From positions 1-53,604 of the forward strand of contig JBAPUB010000246.1 in the NCBI GenBank assembly GCA_049282455.1: 53,604 nucleotides of DNA. The letters run 5' to 3'. The notes beneath the pieces were generated by a model, which saw only the letters and a list, made by a program, of their open reading frames with translations, was not told where the DNA came from and did no database searches. Each line of letters begins with the position of its first letter. The first letter of the stretch is position 1. Of this stretch, positions 35,900 to 45,301 are shown in pieces. The stretch comes from Actinomycetes bacterium. Its GTDB lineage: Bacteria; Actinomycetota; Actinomycetes; JAHEKZ01. The translations under genes were made by a program, and so were the position numbers.

Positions 35900-37024
35900 G
35901 TGCGCATCGCCGCGATCATCGCCGGACTCGTGATCGTCTTGGCCATGACCTCGAGCGTGCTGCGCACGCTCGTCGTCCCGCGACGCATGCGGTCGAAGAT
36001 CTCCGAGGCCACGTTCCTGGCCACGTGGTGGCCGCTGCGCTCCGTCGCTCACCGGACGGACTCCTACCTTGCGCGGGACCGAATCCTCGCCTGGGCCGGC
36101 CCGCTCTCGATCGTCATCACGCTGGTCGTCTGGCTGCTCGGCTACCTCGTCGGCTACAGCCTCATGCTGTTCGGGCTCGAGTCGACGTTGTCCCCCGCGA
36201 CAGCGGCGCGCGAGGCCGGCTCGAGCCTGCTCACGTTGGGCTTCGCGTCCACCGATCGAGGACAGCTCACCGCCGTCGACTTCGTGGCGGCGGCGACCGG
36301 CCCACTGGTGATCGGCCTGCTCATCGGCTACCTGCCCACGCTGTACGGCGCCTACAACCGGCGCGAGACCGACGTCACGATGCTCGAAGCCCGAGCCGGC
36401 GAGCCGAACTGGGGGCCAGAGATCCTGTCGCGCCACGCAGCGGTGGGCGCCGTCGCCAACATGGAGGACCTCTTCGCCGCGTGGGAGCGCTGGGCCGCCG
36501 ACATCTCCGAGAGCCACACCAACTACCCCGTCCTCATTCACATCCGCTCCTCCCAGCCGATGCGCCACTGGCTGGTCGGCATGGTGGCGGTGATGGACGC
36601 GGCGGCCATGCAGCTCGCCTTGGCCCCAGACCTCCCGCAGGGCCGGGCGCGGATCTCGCTGCGGCAGGGGTTCGTCGCGCTGCGCGACATCTCCCAGGTC
36701 GAGGGCATCCCCTTCGACCCGGACCCCTCACCGGACGCCGAGATCGACCTGGCGTACGGCGAGTTCGAGTCAGCCGTCGCCGCCGTGGTCGAACGAGGCT
36801 TCCCGGCCACCCGCAGCGCCGCGGAGGCATGGCCGCACTTTCGCGGGTGGCGGGTCAACTACGAGGCGATCGCGTACGCCCTGGCCCGACGGCTCGACGC
36901 GCCACCGGCGCTGTGGACGGGCACCAGGTACGGCGACCTGCCTGCGGTCCCTCCGGTTCGGCCGGTCAACCGCGAGCCCGGAGGGCGGACGGGACCTCCT
37001 TCGGTCCCGGGGGTCAACGAGTGA
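35900..37024 (+). CDS. Membrane protein with a pore-loop (K-channel-like) arrangement and ~220-aa cytoplasmic domain, family not recognised
   Basis: It has three hydrophobic helices. Between helices 2 and 3 the segment AREAGSSLLTLGFASTD resembles a pore helix plus a degenerate filter (compare TxGYGD). The C-terminal soluble domain has no recognised motifs. Confidence 0.55.
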   Translation: MRIAAIIAGLVIVLAMTSSVLRTLVVPRRMRSKISEATFLATWWPLRSVAHRTDSYLARDRILAWAGPLSIVITLVVWLLGYLVGYSLMLFGLESTLSPATAAREAGSSLLTLGFASTDRGQLTAVDFVAAATGPLVIGLLIGYLPTLYGAYNRRETDVTMLEARAGEPNWGPEILSRHAAVGAVANMEDLFAAWERWAADISESHTNYPVLIHIRSSQPMRHWLVGMVAVMDAAAMQLALAPDLPQGRARISLRQGFVALRDISQVEGIPFDPDPSPDAEIDLAYGEFESAVAAVVERGFPATRSAAEAWPHFRGWRVNYEAIAYALARRLDAPPALWTGTRYGDLPAVPPVRPVNREPGGRTGPPSVPGVNE

Positions 37025-37063
37025 GTCGGGGGGCCGGGGCGGTGCCAGGGGTCCGACGTTGAG

Positions 37064-37109
37064 AAGGTTCGGGCGCCACCGACGGGGGATGCAGTGACGC
37101 CCGAACCTT
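37064..37109. terminator. Hairpin between convergent genes (likely bidirectional terminator)
   Basis: AAGGTTCGGGCG (37064..37075) pairs with CGCCCGAACCTT (37098..37109). The stem is a perfect 12 bp with a 22-nt loop. Confidence 0.5.
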
Positions 37110-37202
37110 GGACCAGACTTGCCGCCGGTTGTTCACCACGCAACCTGTACGCGGCGACTTGACCCTTTCTTGACGATCCGATGATGGTCCGCCTGCGGAC
37201 CG

Positions 37203-38156
37203 TCAGCTGACCGTCAGCTGGCGGGCCCGAAGCGCCGAACGGGCGCGCCGCTGGTCGGCGCTCAGCGGCGCCTTCTGCGCCAACGCGTCGGCCAGCCGCG
37301 CCGCGAAGCTGGAAGCTGGGTCCTCGACGTCCTCGACCTCGGTGCTCTCCGGGAGGTCCCACACGGGGATGGCCAGACCGAGCGCCCGGAACGACCCGAG
37401 GTAGCGGGACCCGGGGACGACCTCCAGCCCACCTGAGACCTCCAGCCTGGCGAACGCGTCGACGACGTCGTCCTCAGGCTGGGGGAGCACCCAGCGCAGC
37501 TGCCGACGGCCGTTGATCGACACCCAGAACGCAGCCTCGACCCCGGCCAGCCGAGCCGTGGGGACGACCGCCTGGTTGGCCCGGTCGAGCGAGGCCCTGG
37601 TGTCGTCGTCGACGTCGTCGATGCCGTCGAGCCAGTAGTCGAACCCGGAGTGCACGGTCACCCGCAGCGGAGCGGTCACGTCGACGAGGTCCTGCAGCCG
37701 GGGTGCGTCTGCGGGTACCGGGCGGGGTGGGACCGCGGCACCGGCTTCGACGGCCAGCGCGCGCGCCAGCGCGTCGCCGATCTCACGCGACAGGTCGGCC
37801 GAGGCCGTCTGCAGCTGGACGGCGAGCACGATGCGGCCGTCGGCCCGAACCATCGCGGGCCAGGCCATCGGCAGCACCGTGGACACCGTGACCTCGCGGT
37901 CGGCGTGATCGCCAACCAACGTCAGGTCGGCCGTTCCAGCGGGGATCAGCTCACGCATCGCGACCCAGTCGGCCTCGCCGGCCAGACCCTCGAACGGTCG
38001 GAGCACGCGCACGTGCTCCGAGCGCGACGCCGCGCGTCCGTGGCACGCCTTGTAGCGACGGCCAGAACCGCACGGACACGGCTCACGACCCCCCACCACG
38101 GGAACGTCGACATCATCGGACGGCTGGCTCGTGCGCGGCGCGGGACGTTGGGCCAT
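37203..38156 (-). CDS. SEC-C motif protein of the DUF5926 type
   Basis: The N-terminal CPCGSGRRYKACHG (SEC-C metal-binding motif) is followed by a ~270-aa conserved actinobacterial domain. Confidence 0.65.
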   Translation of the reverse strand: MAQRPAPRTSQPSDDVDVPVVGGREPCPCGSGRRYKACHGRAASRSEHVRVLRPFEGLAGEADWVAMRELIPAGTADLTLVGDHADREVTVSTVLPMAWPAMVRADGRIVLAVQLQTASADLSREIGDALARALAVEAGAAVPPRPVPADAPRLQDLVDVTAPLRVTVHSGFDYWLDGIDDVDDDTRASLDRANQAVVPTARLAGVEAAFWVSINGRRQLRWVLPQPEDDVVDAFARLEVSGGLEVVPGSRYLGSFRALGLAIPVWDLPESTEVEDVEDPASSFAARLADALAQKAPLSADQRRARSALRARQLTVS

Positions 38157-38175
38157 GCCAGCAGCCTAGGGGCGC

Positions 38176-38979
38176 TCAACCGTCGATCTGGAGGCGCACC
38201 TGGTGCGGTCGGTTGGTGATGATCGCATCGGCACCGCAGGCACGGACCAGCTCGACGTCGTCTGGGTCGTCGACGGTCCACACGAAGACCCGCCCCCCGG
38301 ACTCCTTGACCCGCCGGACGTAGTTGGGGTGCCTGCGGACGATGTCGATGGACGGCCCGGCGACGCTGACGCCGCGGGGCAACGACCCCGTGCGGTAGAC
38401 GACGGGGACCCGCTCCATGAGGTAGACCAACGGCAACCGCGACGCCATTCGGCGCATGCGGCGAAGGGCGACCTCCGAGAAGCTCATCAACGAGACCTGG
38501 CTGGTGACCCCGTCGCGTGGAGTGTCGAGACCGTACTGGCGAAGGGTCTCCACGAGCCTCCTCTCGACCAGACCTCCGTAGCGGGTCGGGTGCTTGGTCT
38601 CGACGAACAGCTCGATCCGCCGGTCAGCCTCCACGACGAGCTGGAGGAGTCGTTCGAAGGTGAGCACCTGTCGGCGGTCCGCGTCGTCGAAGTCGGGCTC
38701 GTCGAAGTCGTCCCAGTCATCCTTCCACGACCCGAAGTCCATGCGCTCCAGCTCTGACAAGGGCAGCGTCGACAAGACCCCCGTCCCGTTGGAGATCCGC
38801 TCGATCCGGCGGTCGTGCACGCAGACCAGGTGCCCGTCGGCCGTGAGTCGGACGTCGGCCTCCAACCCGTCGGCGCCGTCGACGATCGCCTGCCGATAGG
38901 CCGCCAACGTGTGCTCGGGGGCCGCTTCTGAGGCACCGCGGTGCGCCACGACCAGGGGGAGCGCCGTCACGGCGACCAT
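38176..38979 (-). CDS. Glycerophosphodiester phosphodiesterase
   Basis: It has the VAHRGAS..APEHTLAAY and GADGLEADVRLTADGHLVCVHD motifs of the GDPD family. Confidence 0.85.
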   Translation of the reverse strand: MVAVTALPLVVAHRGASEAAPEHTLAAYRQAIVDGADGLEADVRLTADGHLVCVHDRRIERISNGTGVLSTLPLSELERMDFGSWKDDWDDFDEPDFDDADRRQVLTFERLLQLVVEADRRIELFVETKHPTRYGGLVERRLVETLRQYGLDTPRDGVTSQVSLMSFSEVALRRMRRMASRLPLVYLMERVPVVYRTGSLPRGVSVAGPSIDIVRRHPNYVRRVKESGGRVFVWTVDDPDDVELVRACGADAIITNRPHQVRLQIDG

Positions 38980-39012
38980 TGTGGTGGACTGAGGTGTTCG
39001 GCACGACCTGAG

Positions 39013-40335
39013 TCAGTCGAACAACACGCCGGGGTTCATCAGCCCGTCGGGGTCCAGGGCGTCCTTGACCGACCGCATGACGGCAACCTCGTCGCGTGAG
39101 CGAGACAGTGCCAACCAGCGGGCTTTGGCGACGCCGACGCCGTGCTCGGCGCTGACCGTGCCGCCGAGCCGGGAGACCAGGGTGAGGACCGCCTCGTCAG
39201 GTGCTTCGTCGTCCGGCTGCGCGCCGACCACCTCGACGTGCACATTGCCCTCAGCAAGGTGCCCGAAAGCCAGGACGGCGAACGGGGCGGTCACGTCGGG
39301 CAGCGCGTCGAGCAGCTCCTGAAGGCGGCCCAGTGGGACGGCGACGTCCAGCTTGTGCACCACCCCCAGCGTGCCGATGGCCTCGGTCTGTCGTTCCCGG
39401 TACGCCCACACGCGGCGGTCGACGACGGCGTCGACGTCTGCCTGCACGGGCAGCCGCGGCTCGTCCTCGGTCTCGACGAGTAGGTACAGGGGCCAGGACC
39501 TTCGGAGCGGGAAGGTCAGCCCCGTGGCCTCGCACACGACCCGCAGTGCGTCCCCGACGACGAACTCCGCCGCGAGCACTCGACGCTGCTGCCGCACGAT
39601 CTCAAGAGCGCTTCGGACGTCGGGGACCCCGACCAGTGCGGTGGCCCGGGTCTGCGGAAGCGGGTCGACGAGCCGCACCCTTGCCCGGGTGACGATGCCC
39701 AGGGTTCCCTCGCTTCCGACGAGAAGTCCCGAAAGGTCGTAGCCGGCGGAGTCCTTGGGCAGCCCGGCCAGGTGCGAGACGACCCGGCCGTCACCGAGCA
39801 CAGCCTCGACCCCGACCACCTGGGCACGGGTGTCGCCGTGCAGCACGACCCGCACGCCCCCGGCGTTGGTGGCGATCGTGCCTCCGACGGTGGCCGAGTC
39901 GCGCGACGCCAGGTCAACGCCGTAGTCGAGCCCACGGCCCTGAGCGTGCCGTCGCAGGGCCGCGACAGTGACTCCTGCACCGACGGTCACCTGGCGGGCG
40001 TCCACGTCGACCGGTTCGGTCGCGTCGAGACGACGCGTCGAGACCACGACCATTCCGTGACCCCGCGGGGTGCCGCCCCCCACCAGGCCGGTGTTGCCGC
40101 CCTGGGGTACGACCGGCGCACCGGACCGGCGGCACAGCGCGACGACCTCCCTCACCTCGTCCAGGCCGGCGGGCCGCACGACGGCCGCCGGTACACCGGC
40201 GAAGCGGCCGGTCCAGTCACTCGCGTAGGTGGAGGTCAGGTCGGGGTCGGTCAGCAGGTGGTCGCGGCCGACGACGTCACGCAGGCCGGTGAGCAGTCCC
40301 TGTGGGACATCTCCTGGACGTCCGACAGCAGTCAC
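39013..40335 (-). CDS. FAD-linked oxidase (GlcD / D-lactate dehydrogenase-like)
   Basis: It has the FAD_binding_4 pattern VVPQGGNTGLVGG and C-terminal SAEHGVG. GTG start. Confidence 0.8.
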   Translation of the reverse strand: MTAVGRPGDVPQGLLTGLRDVVGRDHLLTDPDLTSTYASDWTGRFAGVPAAVVRPAGLDEVREVVALCRRSGAPVVPQGGNTGLVGGGTPRGHGMVVVSTRRLDATEPVDVDARQVTVGAGVTVAALRRHAQGRGLDYGVDLASRDSATVGGTIATNAGGVRVVLHGDTRAQVVGVEAVLGDGRVVSHLAGLPKDSAGYDLSGLLVGSEGTLGIVTRARVRLVDPLPQTRATALVGVPDVRSALEIVRQQRRVLAAEFVVGDALRVVCEATGLTFPLRRSWPLYLLVETEDEPRLPVQADVDAVVDRRVWAYRERQTEAIGTLGVVHKLDVAVPLGRLQELLDALPDVTAPFAVLAFGHLAEGNVHVEVVGAQPDDEAPDEAVLTLVSRLGGTVSAEHGVGVAKARWLALSRSRDEVAVMRSVKDALDPDGLMNPGVLFD

Positions 40336-40365
40336 GCTCCCGGAGTCTAGGCAGGCCCTGGTTGG

Positions 40366-41232
40366 CTACTTCAGGAGCTTGGACATCCGACGGTCGGCCA
40401 GCGGCTTCCCACCGGTCTGGCAGGTGGCGCAGTACTGAAGGGCGCTGTCGGCGAACGAGACCTCGCGAACCACGTCGCCGCAGACGGGGCAGGCCAGACC
40501 GGTGCGCCCGTGCACGCTCATCGCCGCCCGCTTGTCGTCCTTGAGGTCGGAGGCTGGCAGCCCCCGCGAACGCTGCAGAGCCTGCGCCAGGCACTCGACG
40601 AGTGCCCCGAACAGGGTCGCTCGTCCGTCGGCGTCCAGCGATCCAGCCAGCTTGAAGGGCGACATCCTCGCGGCATGCAGGATCTCGTCGCTGTAGGCGT
40701 TTCCGATCCCCGCAATCACCGACTGGTCTCGAAGCAGACCCTTCAGCTGCGTCCGTGGGTGCTCGGCCAGGACGGTGTCGAACGCCGCCTGGTCGAAGCT
40801 GGGGTCGAGCGGGTCCGGTCCGAGCCGGGCCACGCCGGGGACCTCCTCGGGCGACCGGACCACGGAGATCGACAGCTTCTTGCGGGTGCCCGCCTCGGTC
40901 AGGTCGAAGCCCGTGCCGTCGTCGAGGTGCACCCGGAGGGCGAGCGGGTTCTTGGCGCTGGGTCTGGGCGGTGCCGGGGGAAGGGTCTCCTTCCACCGCA
41001 GCCACCCGGCGCGGGCGAGATGGACGACCAGGTGGACGCCGTCGGCGTCGATGTCGAGGAACTTGCCTCGGCGGCCGACGCCGGTGATCTGCAGCCCGGC
41101 CAAGGACGTGACCGGCGGGTCGTAGGTCTTCAACGCGCTGATCGAGGCGACGTCCACCCGCGCGACGACCCGGCCGACCAGCCGCTCACGCAGGAAGTCG
41201 GCGAGGGCCTCGACCTCGGGCAGCTCGGGCAC
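40366..41232 (-). CDS. Fpg/Nei-family DNA glycosylase with C-terminal zinc finger
   Basis: It has the N-terminal (M)PELPEVE catalytic Pro, an H2TH region, and CPVCG...CATCQ. GTG start. Confidence 0.85.
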   Translation of the reverse strand: MPELPEVEALADFLRERLVGRVVARVDVASISALKTYDPPVTSLAGLQITGVGRRGKFLDIDADGVHLVVHLARAGWLRWKETLPPAPPRPSAKNPLALRVHLDDGTGFDLTEAGTRKKLSISVVRSPEEVPGVARLGPDPLDPSFDQAAFDTVLAEHPRTQLKGLLRDQSVIAGIGNAYSDEILHAARMSPFKLAGSLDADGRATLFGALVECLAQALQRSRGLPASDLKDDKRAAMSVHGRTGLACPVCGDVVREVSFADSALQYCATCQTGGKPLADRRMSKLLK

Positions 41233-41298
41233 GGGCCTATCTTCTCCCAGGGCTGGCCGTCGGCCGGTTCTTTGCCGGCACGCCGGCTTGGCAGGTCC

Positions 41299-41343
41299 CG
41301 TAGGTTACGGTACCGTAGCCTACGGTTGCGTAGGTTTCTACGG
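41299..41343. promoter_or_regulatory. Array of overlapping palindromes built from CGTAGG/CCTACG half-sites (candidate operator) in the nei/NMO divergent region
   Basis: CGTAGGTTACGGTACCGTAGCCTACG (41299..41324) is a 26-bp palindrome with one mismatched pair and core TACGGTACCGTA. A second element, CGTAGGTTTCTACG, lies at 41329..41342. CGTAGGTT recurs 30 bp apart. Confidence 0.45.
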
Positions 41344-41373
41344 CCAGCCCACTCGCGTGTGAGGACACCAGGT

Positions 41374-42822
41374 ATGCCAGCAGCGGTCCCGGCCACCCTC
41401 CCGACCGTCATCCAAGGCGGCATGGGCGTGAACGTGTCCTCCTACGGTCTGGCCCGCACCGTCGCGGCGAACGGCGGGCTCGGCGTGATCTCCGGCGTCG
41501 CCCCCGACCTGCTCGTCTCCCGCTGGCTGCAAGACGGCGACCGCACGGGCGAGGTCCGCGAGGCCATGGCCGCCTACCCCGACCAGGAGTTCGTGGCCGC
41601 GACCCTGCGGCGCTACTTCCGCGAGGGGGGTAGACCCCGCGGGACCCCCTACCGTCCGATCCCCAAGCTCGACCTCAACCAGAAGCCGGACCCCGTCCGA
41701 CTCACCGCCCTCGGCGCCTTCGTCCAGGTGAAGCTGGCCAAGACCGGGCACGACGGCATGGTCGGGATCAACCTGCTCGAGAAGGTCCAGCTGTGGACCC
41801 CCGCCGCACTGCTCGGCGCAGTGCTCGCCGACGTCGACTTCGTCCTGGTCGGTGCCGGCGTCCCGACCCACCTGCCCCGGGTTCTCGACGGCGTCGCGGC
41901 CTGCGAGCCCGTCAGCCTGCCGATCGACGTGGTGGGCAGCCAGAGCGGCGAGTCGTTCGGCATCACCATGGACCCCGCCCAGGTCGTCCCGGGACTCACC
42001 GCCCCGTTGAAGCGGCCCTTCTTCCTGGCCATCGTCAGCTCCCATGTCCTGGGCCAGTACCTCGCGCGCGACGAGGCCACCCGGCCCGACGGATTCGTCG
42101 TCGAGCTGCCTGATGCCGGCGGCCACAACGCCCCGCCGCGCCGGATGGTCCTGGACGACGGAGGCGAGCCGATCTACGGCCCACGTGACGTCGTCGACCT
42201 CGCCAAGCTCGACGCCATCGGGCTGCCGTTTTGGATGGCCGGAGGCTACGCAACGCCGGAGAAGCTTCGGGAGGCTCGTGAGGCCGGGGCGGTGGGCGTG
42301 CAGATCGGCACGGCCTTCGCACTGTCCGACGAGTCGGGGCTCACACCCGTGGTACGCCAGGTGCTGCGCGAGCGGGTGCTCGCAGACACCCTGCGCGTAC
42401 GCACCGACCCACTGGCGAGCCCGACCGGCTTCCCGTTCAAGGTCGCTCAGCTGGGCGACACCGTCGCCGATCCCACGGTCTACGGCGAGCGCGAGCGGAT
42501 CTGCGACTTGAGCTACCTTCGTGCGCCCTACCGCCGCGACGACGGCACGGTCGGCTACCGCTGCGCCTCCGAGCCGCTCGATGCGTACGTCAAGAAGGGC
42601 GGGTCCGTCGAGGACACCGTCGGACGCATGTGCCTGTGCAACGGCCTGGCGGCCACGGCCGGGCTGGCCCAGCTGCGCGCTGACGACAAGGTCGAGCCGT
42701 TCCTGGTCACCTTGGGCTCAGACCGGGCACAGCTCGACGGACTGCTCGAGCTCTTCCCCGGCGGGTGGTCAGCCGTCGACGTCTTGTCGTGGCTGCGCGC
42801 GGAAGCCCCGGTCCTGGCGTAG
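41374..42822 (+). CDS. Nitronate monooxygenase (NMO, FMN-dependent) family protein, long form
   Basis: The ATG at 41374 follows GAGGA. The N-terminus is VIQGGMGVNVS..LA..V...GGLGVI. The upstream 288 aa of ORF 40510..42822 are antisense to nei and were rejected. Confidence 0.75.
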   Translation: MPAAVPATLPTVIQGGMGVNVSSYGLARTVAANGGLGVISGVAPDLLVSRWLQDGDRTGEVREAMAAYPDQEFVAATLRRYFREGGRPRGTPYRPIPKLDLNQKPDPVRLTALGAFVQVKLAKTGHDGMVGINLLEKVQLWTPAALLGAVLADVDFVLVGAGVPTHLPRVLDGVAACEPVSLPIDVVGSQSGESFGITMDPAQVVPGLTAPLKRPFFLAIVSSHVLGQYLARDEATRPDGFVVELPDAGGHNAPPRRMVLDDGGEPIYGPRDVVDLAKLDAIGLPFWMAGGYATPEKLREAREAGAVGVQIGTAFALSDESGLTPVVRQVLRERVLADTLRVRTDPLASPTGFPFKVAQLGDTVADPTVYGERERICDLSYLRAPYRRDDGTVGYRCASEPLDAYVKKGGSVEDTVGRMCLCNGLAATAGLAQLRADDKVEPFLVTLGSDRAQLDGLLELFPGGWSAVDVLSWLRAEAPVLA

Positions 42823-42835
42823 CTGCACGAGTCAG

Positions 42836-43837
42836 CTAGCTCGACTGGGCGGCGTGCCACTGCGCCAGCAGCTCGGCCTCGCGGTCGGGGCTCAGCCCGA
42901 CGCCGTAGGTGTCGACCGTCGGCTCGGCACGCTCGGCCGCCAACAGCTCACTCGCCGACTGACCCACCGGACGCGGGCTCAGCCCCGCCGCCAGAGCGGC
43001 GTCCGGGAGGGCCGGCGCTCCAGACTCCTCGCCGCTGTCGTCCCACAGCGGCAGCGCGGTGCCGTCGACCTCGTGCTCGCGCAGGAACTGCGGGTCCACC
43101 CAGGTGATCGTGGTGCCGGCCGGTGCAACCGCCGCGCTGACCTCCGCAAGGACGTCGCCGAAGGTCGCCGTCTGGACTCCGGGCCACACGGTGTGGAACG
43201 TCCCGTCGACGTCGTCCTCGAGGAGCCGCACGACGAAGGCTCCCTGGTCGCGGGCATCGATGACCTGAAGCCACGCGTCGGCCGGTCCAGGAGCCAGCAC
43301 CTCACCACCACGCGCCAGGCGCTCGACCCAGTACGTGAACCGGTGGGTGTAGTCGAAGGGCCCCACGACGTAGGTGGGCCGAACCACTGTGAGCCGGTCG
43401 CCGAACCGGTCGCGCGCCGCACGCTCGCACAGCACCTTCAGACCGCCGTACGTCTCCTCGGTCACGTCCTCGGTGGTCGGCTCCGCCGGAGGGTCCGTGA
43501 GCTTGGACTGCTCATCAAACGGCGCCTCGACCGGAAGGTCGTAGACCGACACCGTCGAGATGTACAGGTACCGCCCGGCCCGGTCGCCCAGCGCGTCGGC
43601 CAGCGCGTTCACCTGCCGGGGTACGTAGGCACTGACATCGACGACGGCGTCGAAGCTGCGGTCGGACAGCACCGACAGGTCGCCGTCACGGTCGACGTGC
43701 AGGTGTTCGCACTGCGGGAACGGGTCATCCCCCGAACTTCCCCGGTGCAGCAAGGTCACGTGGTGGCCATGGGCCACGGCGGACTCGACGATGTGGCGGC
43801 CGACGAAACGGGTTCCCCCGATGATGAGAATGCGCAT
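42836..43837 (-). CDS. NAD-dependent epimerase/dehydratase family protein
   Basis: The ATG at 43837 gives MRILIIGGTRFVGRH (Rossmann motif). Length is 333 aa. Confidence 0.75.
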   Translation of the reverse strand: MRILIIGGTRFVGRHIVESAVAHGHHVTLLHRGSSGDDPFPQCEHLHVDRDGDLSVLSDRSFDAVVDVSAYVPRQVNALADALGDRAGRYLYISTVSVYDLPVEAPFDEQSKLTDPPAEPTTEDVTEETYGGLKVLCERAARDRFGDRLTVVRPTYVVGPFDYTHRFTYWVERLARGGEVLAPGPADAWLQVIDARDQGAFVVRLLEDDVDGTFHTVWPGVQTATFGDVLAEVSAAVAPAGTTITWVDPQFLREHEVDGTALPLWDDSGEESGAPALPDAALAAGLSPRPVGQSASELLAAERAEPTVDTYGVGLSPDREAELLAQWHAAQSS

Positions 43838-43869
43838 GGTGCTGCCTACCACCTCGCTGTCGAGGACGT

Positions 43870-45108
43870 CTACCGGACCAGACCCAGGGCGAGCGCCTCC
43901 TCCCACAGCTCCTCACGGATCTGGGGATGCGCGGCCTGCTCGATCAAGCCCTCTGCCTGTTCCTCCTGGCTTCGCCCCCAGAGAGGGGCAACACCGTTCT
44001 CGGTCACCACGGCGCTCTGCTGGAAGCTGGTGACCGGTTCGTCGATCAACGGCACGATCGTGGAGGCGTCGGCACGGGGGTGCCAGCTGCGCAGCGCAAT
44101 CAAGGCCTTGCCGCCCGGTGAGTGCAGTGCTCCCACGATGAAGTCGGTCTGTCCACCGAAGCCTGAGTAGATCCGGCCTTTGATCCGTGAGGCGTTCGCC
44201 TGTCCGAACAGGTCGACCTGCAGCGCGGAGTTCACACTGATGAGCTGCGGGTTCCTGGCAATGGCCTGCGGGTCGTTGGTCTTCTCGGTCCGCATCACTC
44301 GAACCCGTGGGTTGCGGTCCACCCAGGAGTACAGCTCCTGGGACCCGAACAGGAACGAAGCCACCATCGGCGCCTCGGGATCAAGGCATCCGGCACTCTC
44401 GAGGTCGAGCACACCGTCGGAGAACATCTCCGACCACACACGCAGCCCCTGATGCCGAAGCAGACCGTGCAGAGCAGCGTCGGGGATGGCGCCGATCCCC
44501 ATCTGGATCGTTGCTCCGTCAGGAACCAAGCTCGCGACGCGCGCACCGATCTCGCGTGAGCAGCTGTCGAGCTGCAGGACCGGTGGCGAGATCAGCGGGT
44601 GGTCGACCTCGACCAGGTAGTCGATGGCGTCCAGGCTCAACACGCCGTCCCCGAACGTGTACGGCATCCCCGCGTTCGCCTGCGCGACCACGACACCGCC
44701 GCGTCGGTGAGCCGCCTCGATCGCCGCCGGAAGGATGTTGACCTCAGTACCCAGCGAGACCGTGCCCGAGCTCGGGCTGGACGTATGCACGAGGACGACA
44801 TCGGGCGGCATGGTCGTGGTGAACAACGTCGGCGCCAGCGAGAGCCGTGACGGGACGTACCGCAAGCCGGCTCGTCGTCGCATCCCCGGGCCCACGAAAC
44901 AGGTCTCGAGGGTGACGCCTGCTCGGTCGGGAATGCCGTGCTGTGCGTTGAGCACGAACAGCCGGTAGGTAGGCAGCGAAGCGTCCAGGGCATCCAGGGC
45001 CACCGTCGGCGTCGCGAAGTTGCCGCTGGCGACGACCCGTGGGTCGGGCGGCAGGCTTTCGAAGATGCTGCTCAGCTGTTCGATCGTCACTTCGCGCATG
45101 GGGACCAT
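43870..45108 (-). CDS. Acetyl-CoA hydrolase/transferase family protein (4-hydroxybutyrate CoA-transferase-like)
   Basis: 412 aa. The conserved C-terminal region is SINSALQVDLFGQANAS...SGFGGQTDF. Confidence 0.75.
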   Translation of the reverse strand: MVPMREVTIEQLSSIFESLPPDPRVVASGNFATPTVALDALDASLPTYRLFVLNAQHGIPDRAGVTLETCFVGPGMRRRAGLRYVPSRLSLAPTLFTTTMPPDVVLVHTSSPSSGTVSLGTEVNILPAAIEAAHRRGGVVVAQANAGMPYTFGDGVLSLDAIDYLVEVDHPLISPPVLQLDSCSREIGARVASLVPDGATIQMGIGAIPDAALHGLLRHQGLRVWSEMFSDGVLDLESAGCLDPEAPMVASFLFGSQELYSWVDRNPRVRVMRTEKTNDPQAIARNPQLISVNSALQVDLFGQANASRIKGRIYSGFGGQTDFIVGALHSPGGKALIALRSWHPRADASTIVPLIDEPVTSFQQSAVVTENGVAPLWGRSQEEQAEGLIEQAAHPQIREELWEEALALGLVR

Positions 45109-45190
45109 CTTGGCTGCTTTGGCTACTCAGCGCCCGGGATCACCCACTCGGGCGAACGGGCCGGCTCCTCCGCGACCGATGGAACATGTG

Positions 45191-45242
45191 GGAAAGGCGC
45201 AGCCGGTGCCACGCGAGGGGGTGGCATCGACGGCGCCTTTCC
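45191..45242 (-). terminator. Long imperfect hairpin downstream of the amidase gene
   Basis: GGAAAGGCGC (45191..45200) pairs with GCGCCTTTCC (45233..45242), with inner TGCCAC/GTGGCA pairing. It sits 60 nt after the stop at 45302. No U-tract. Confidence 0.4.
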
Positions 45243-45301
45243 TGTCTTTGCCGAGGAAGGCGCACCACGAGCCCGGATCTCGGCCGGGGGCGCTCGAGTC
45301 G

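Noticed and set aside
37110-37202. Small RNA in the gap between the 35900 gene and the SEC-C gene (two TTGAC motifs at about 37149..37165)
   Set aside because: No acceptable -10 element follows either TTGAC at 16 to 18 nt. The segment is more simply the 3' UTR of the SEC-C gene leading to the 37064..37109 hairpin.
37198-37219. Perfect 11-bp tandem duplication GACCGTCAGCT x2 spanning the stop codon of the SEC-C/DUF5926 gene, a possible frameshift truncation
   Set aside because: Removing one copy would extend the frame for more than 100 codons of R/G/P-rich sequence across the terminator hairpin and into the convergent gene. The present stop therefore looks native and the duplication is probably a trivial slippage event or chance.
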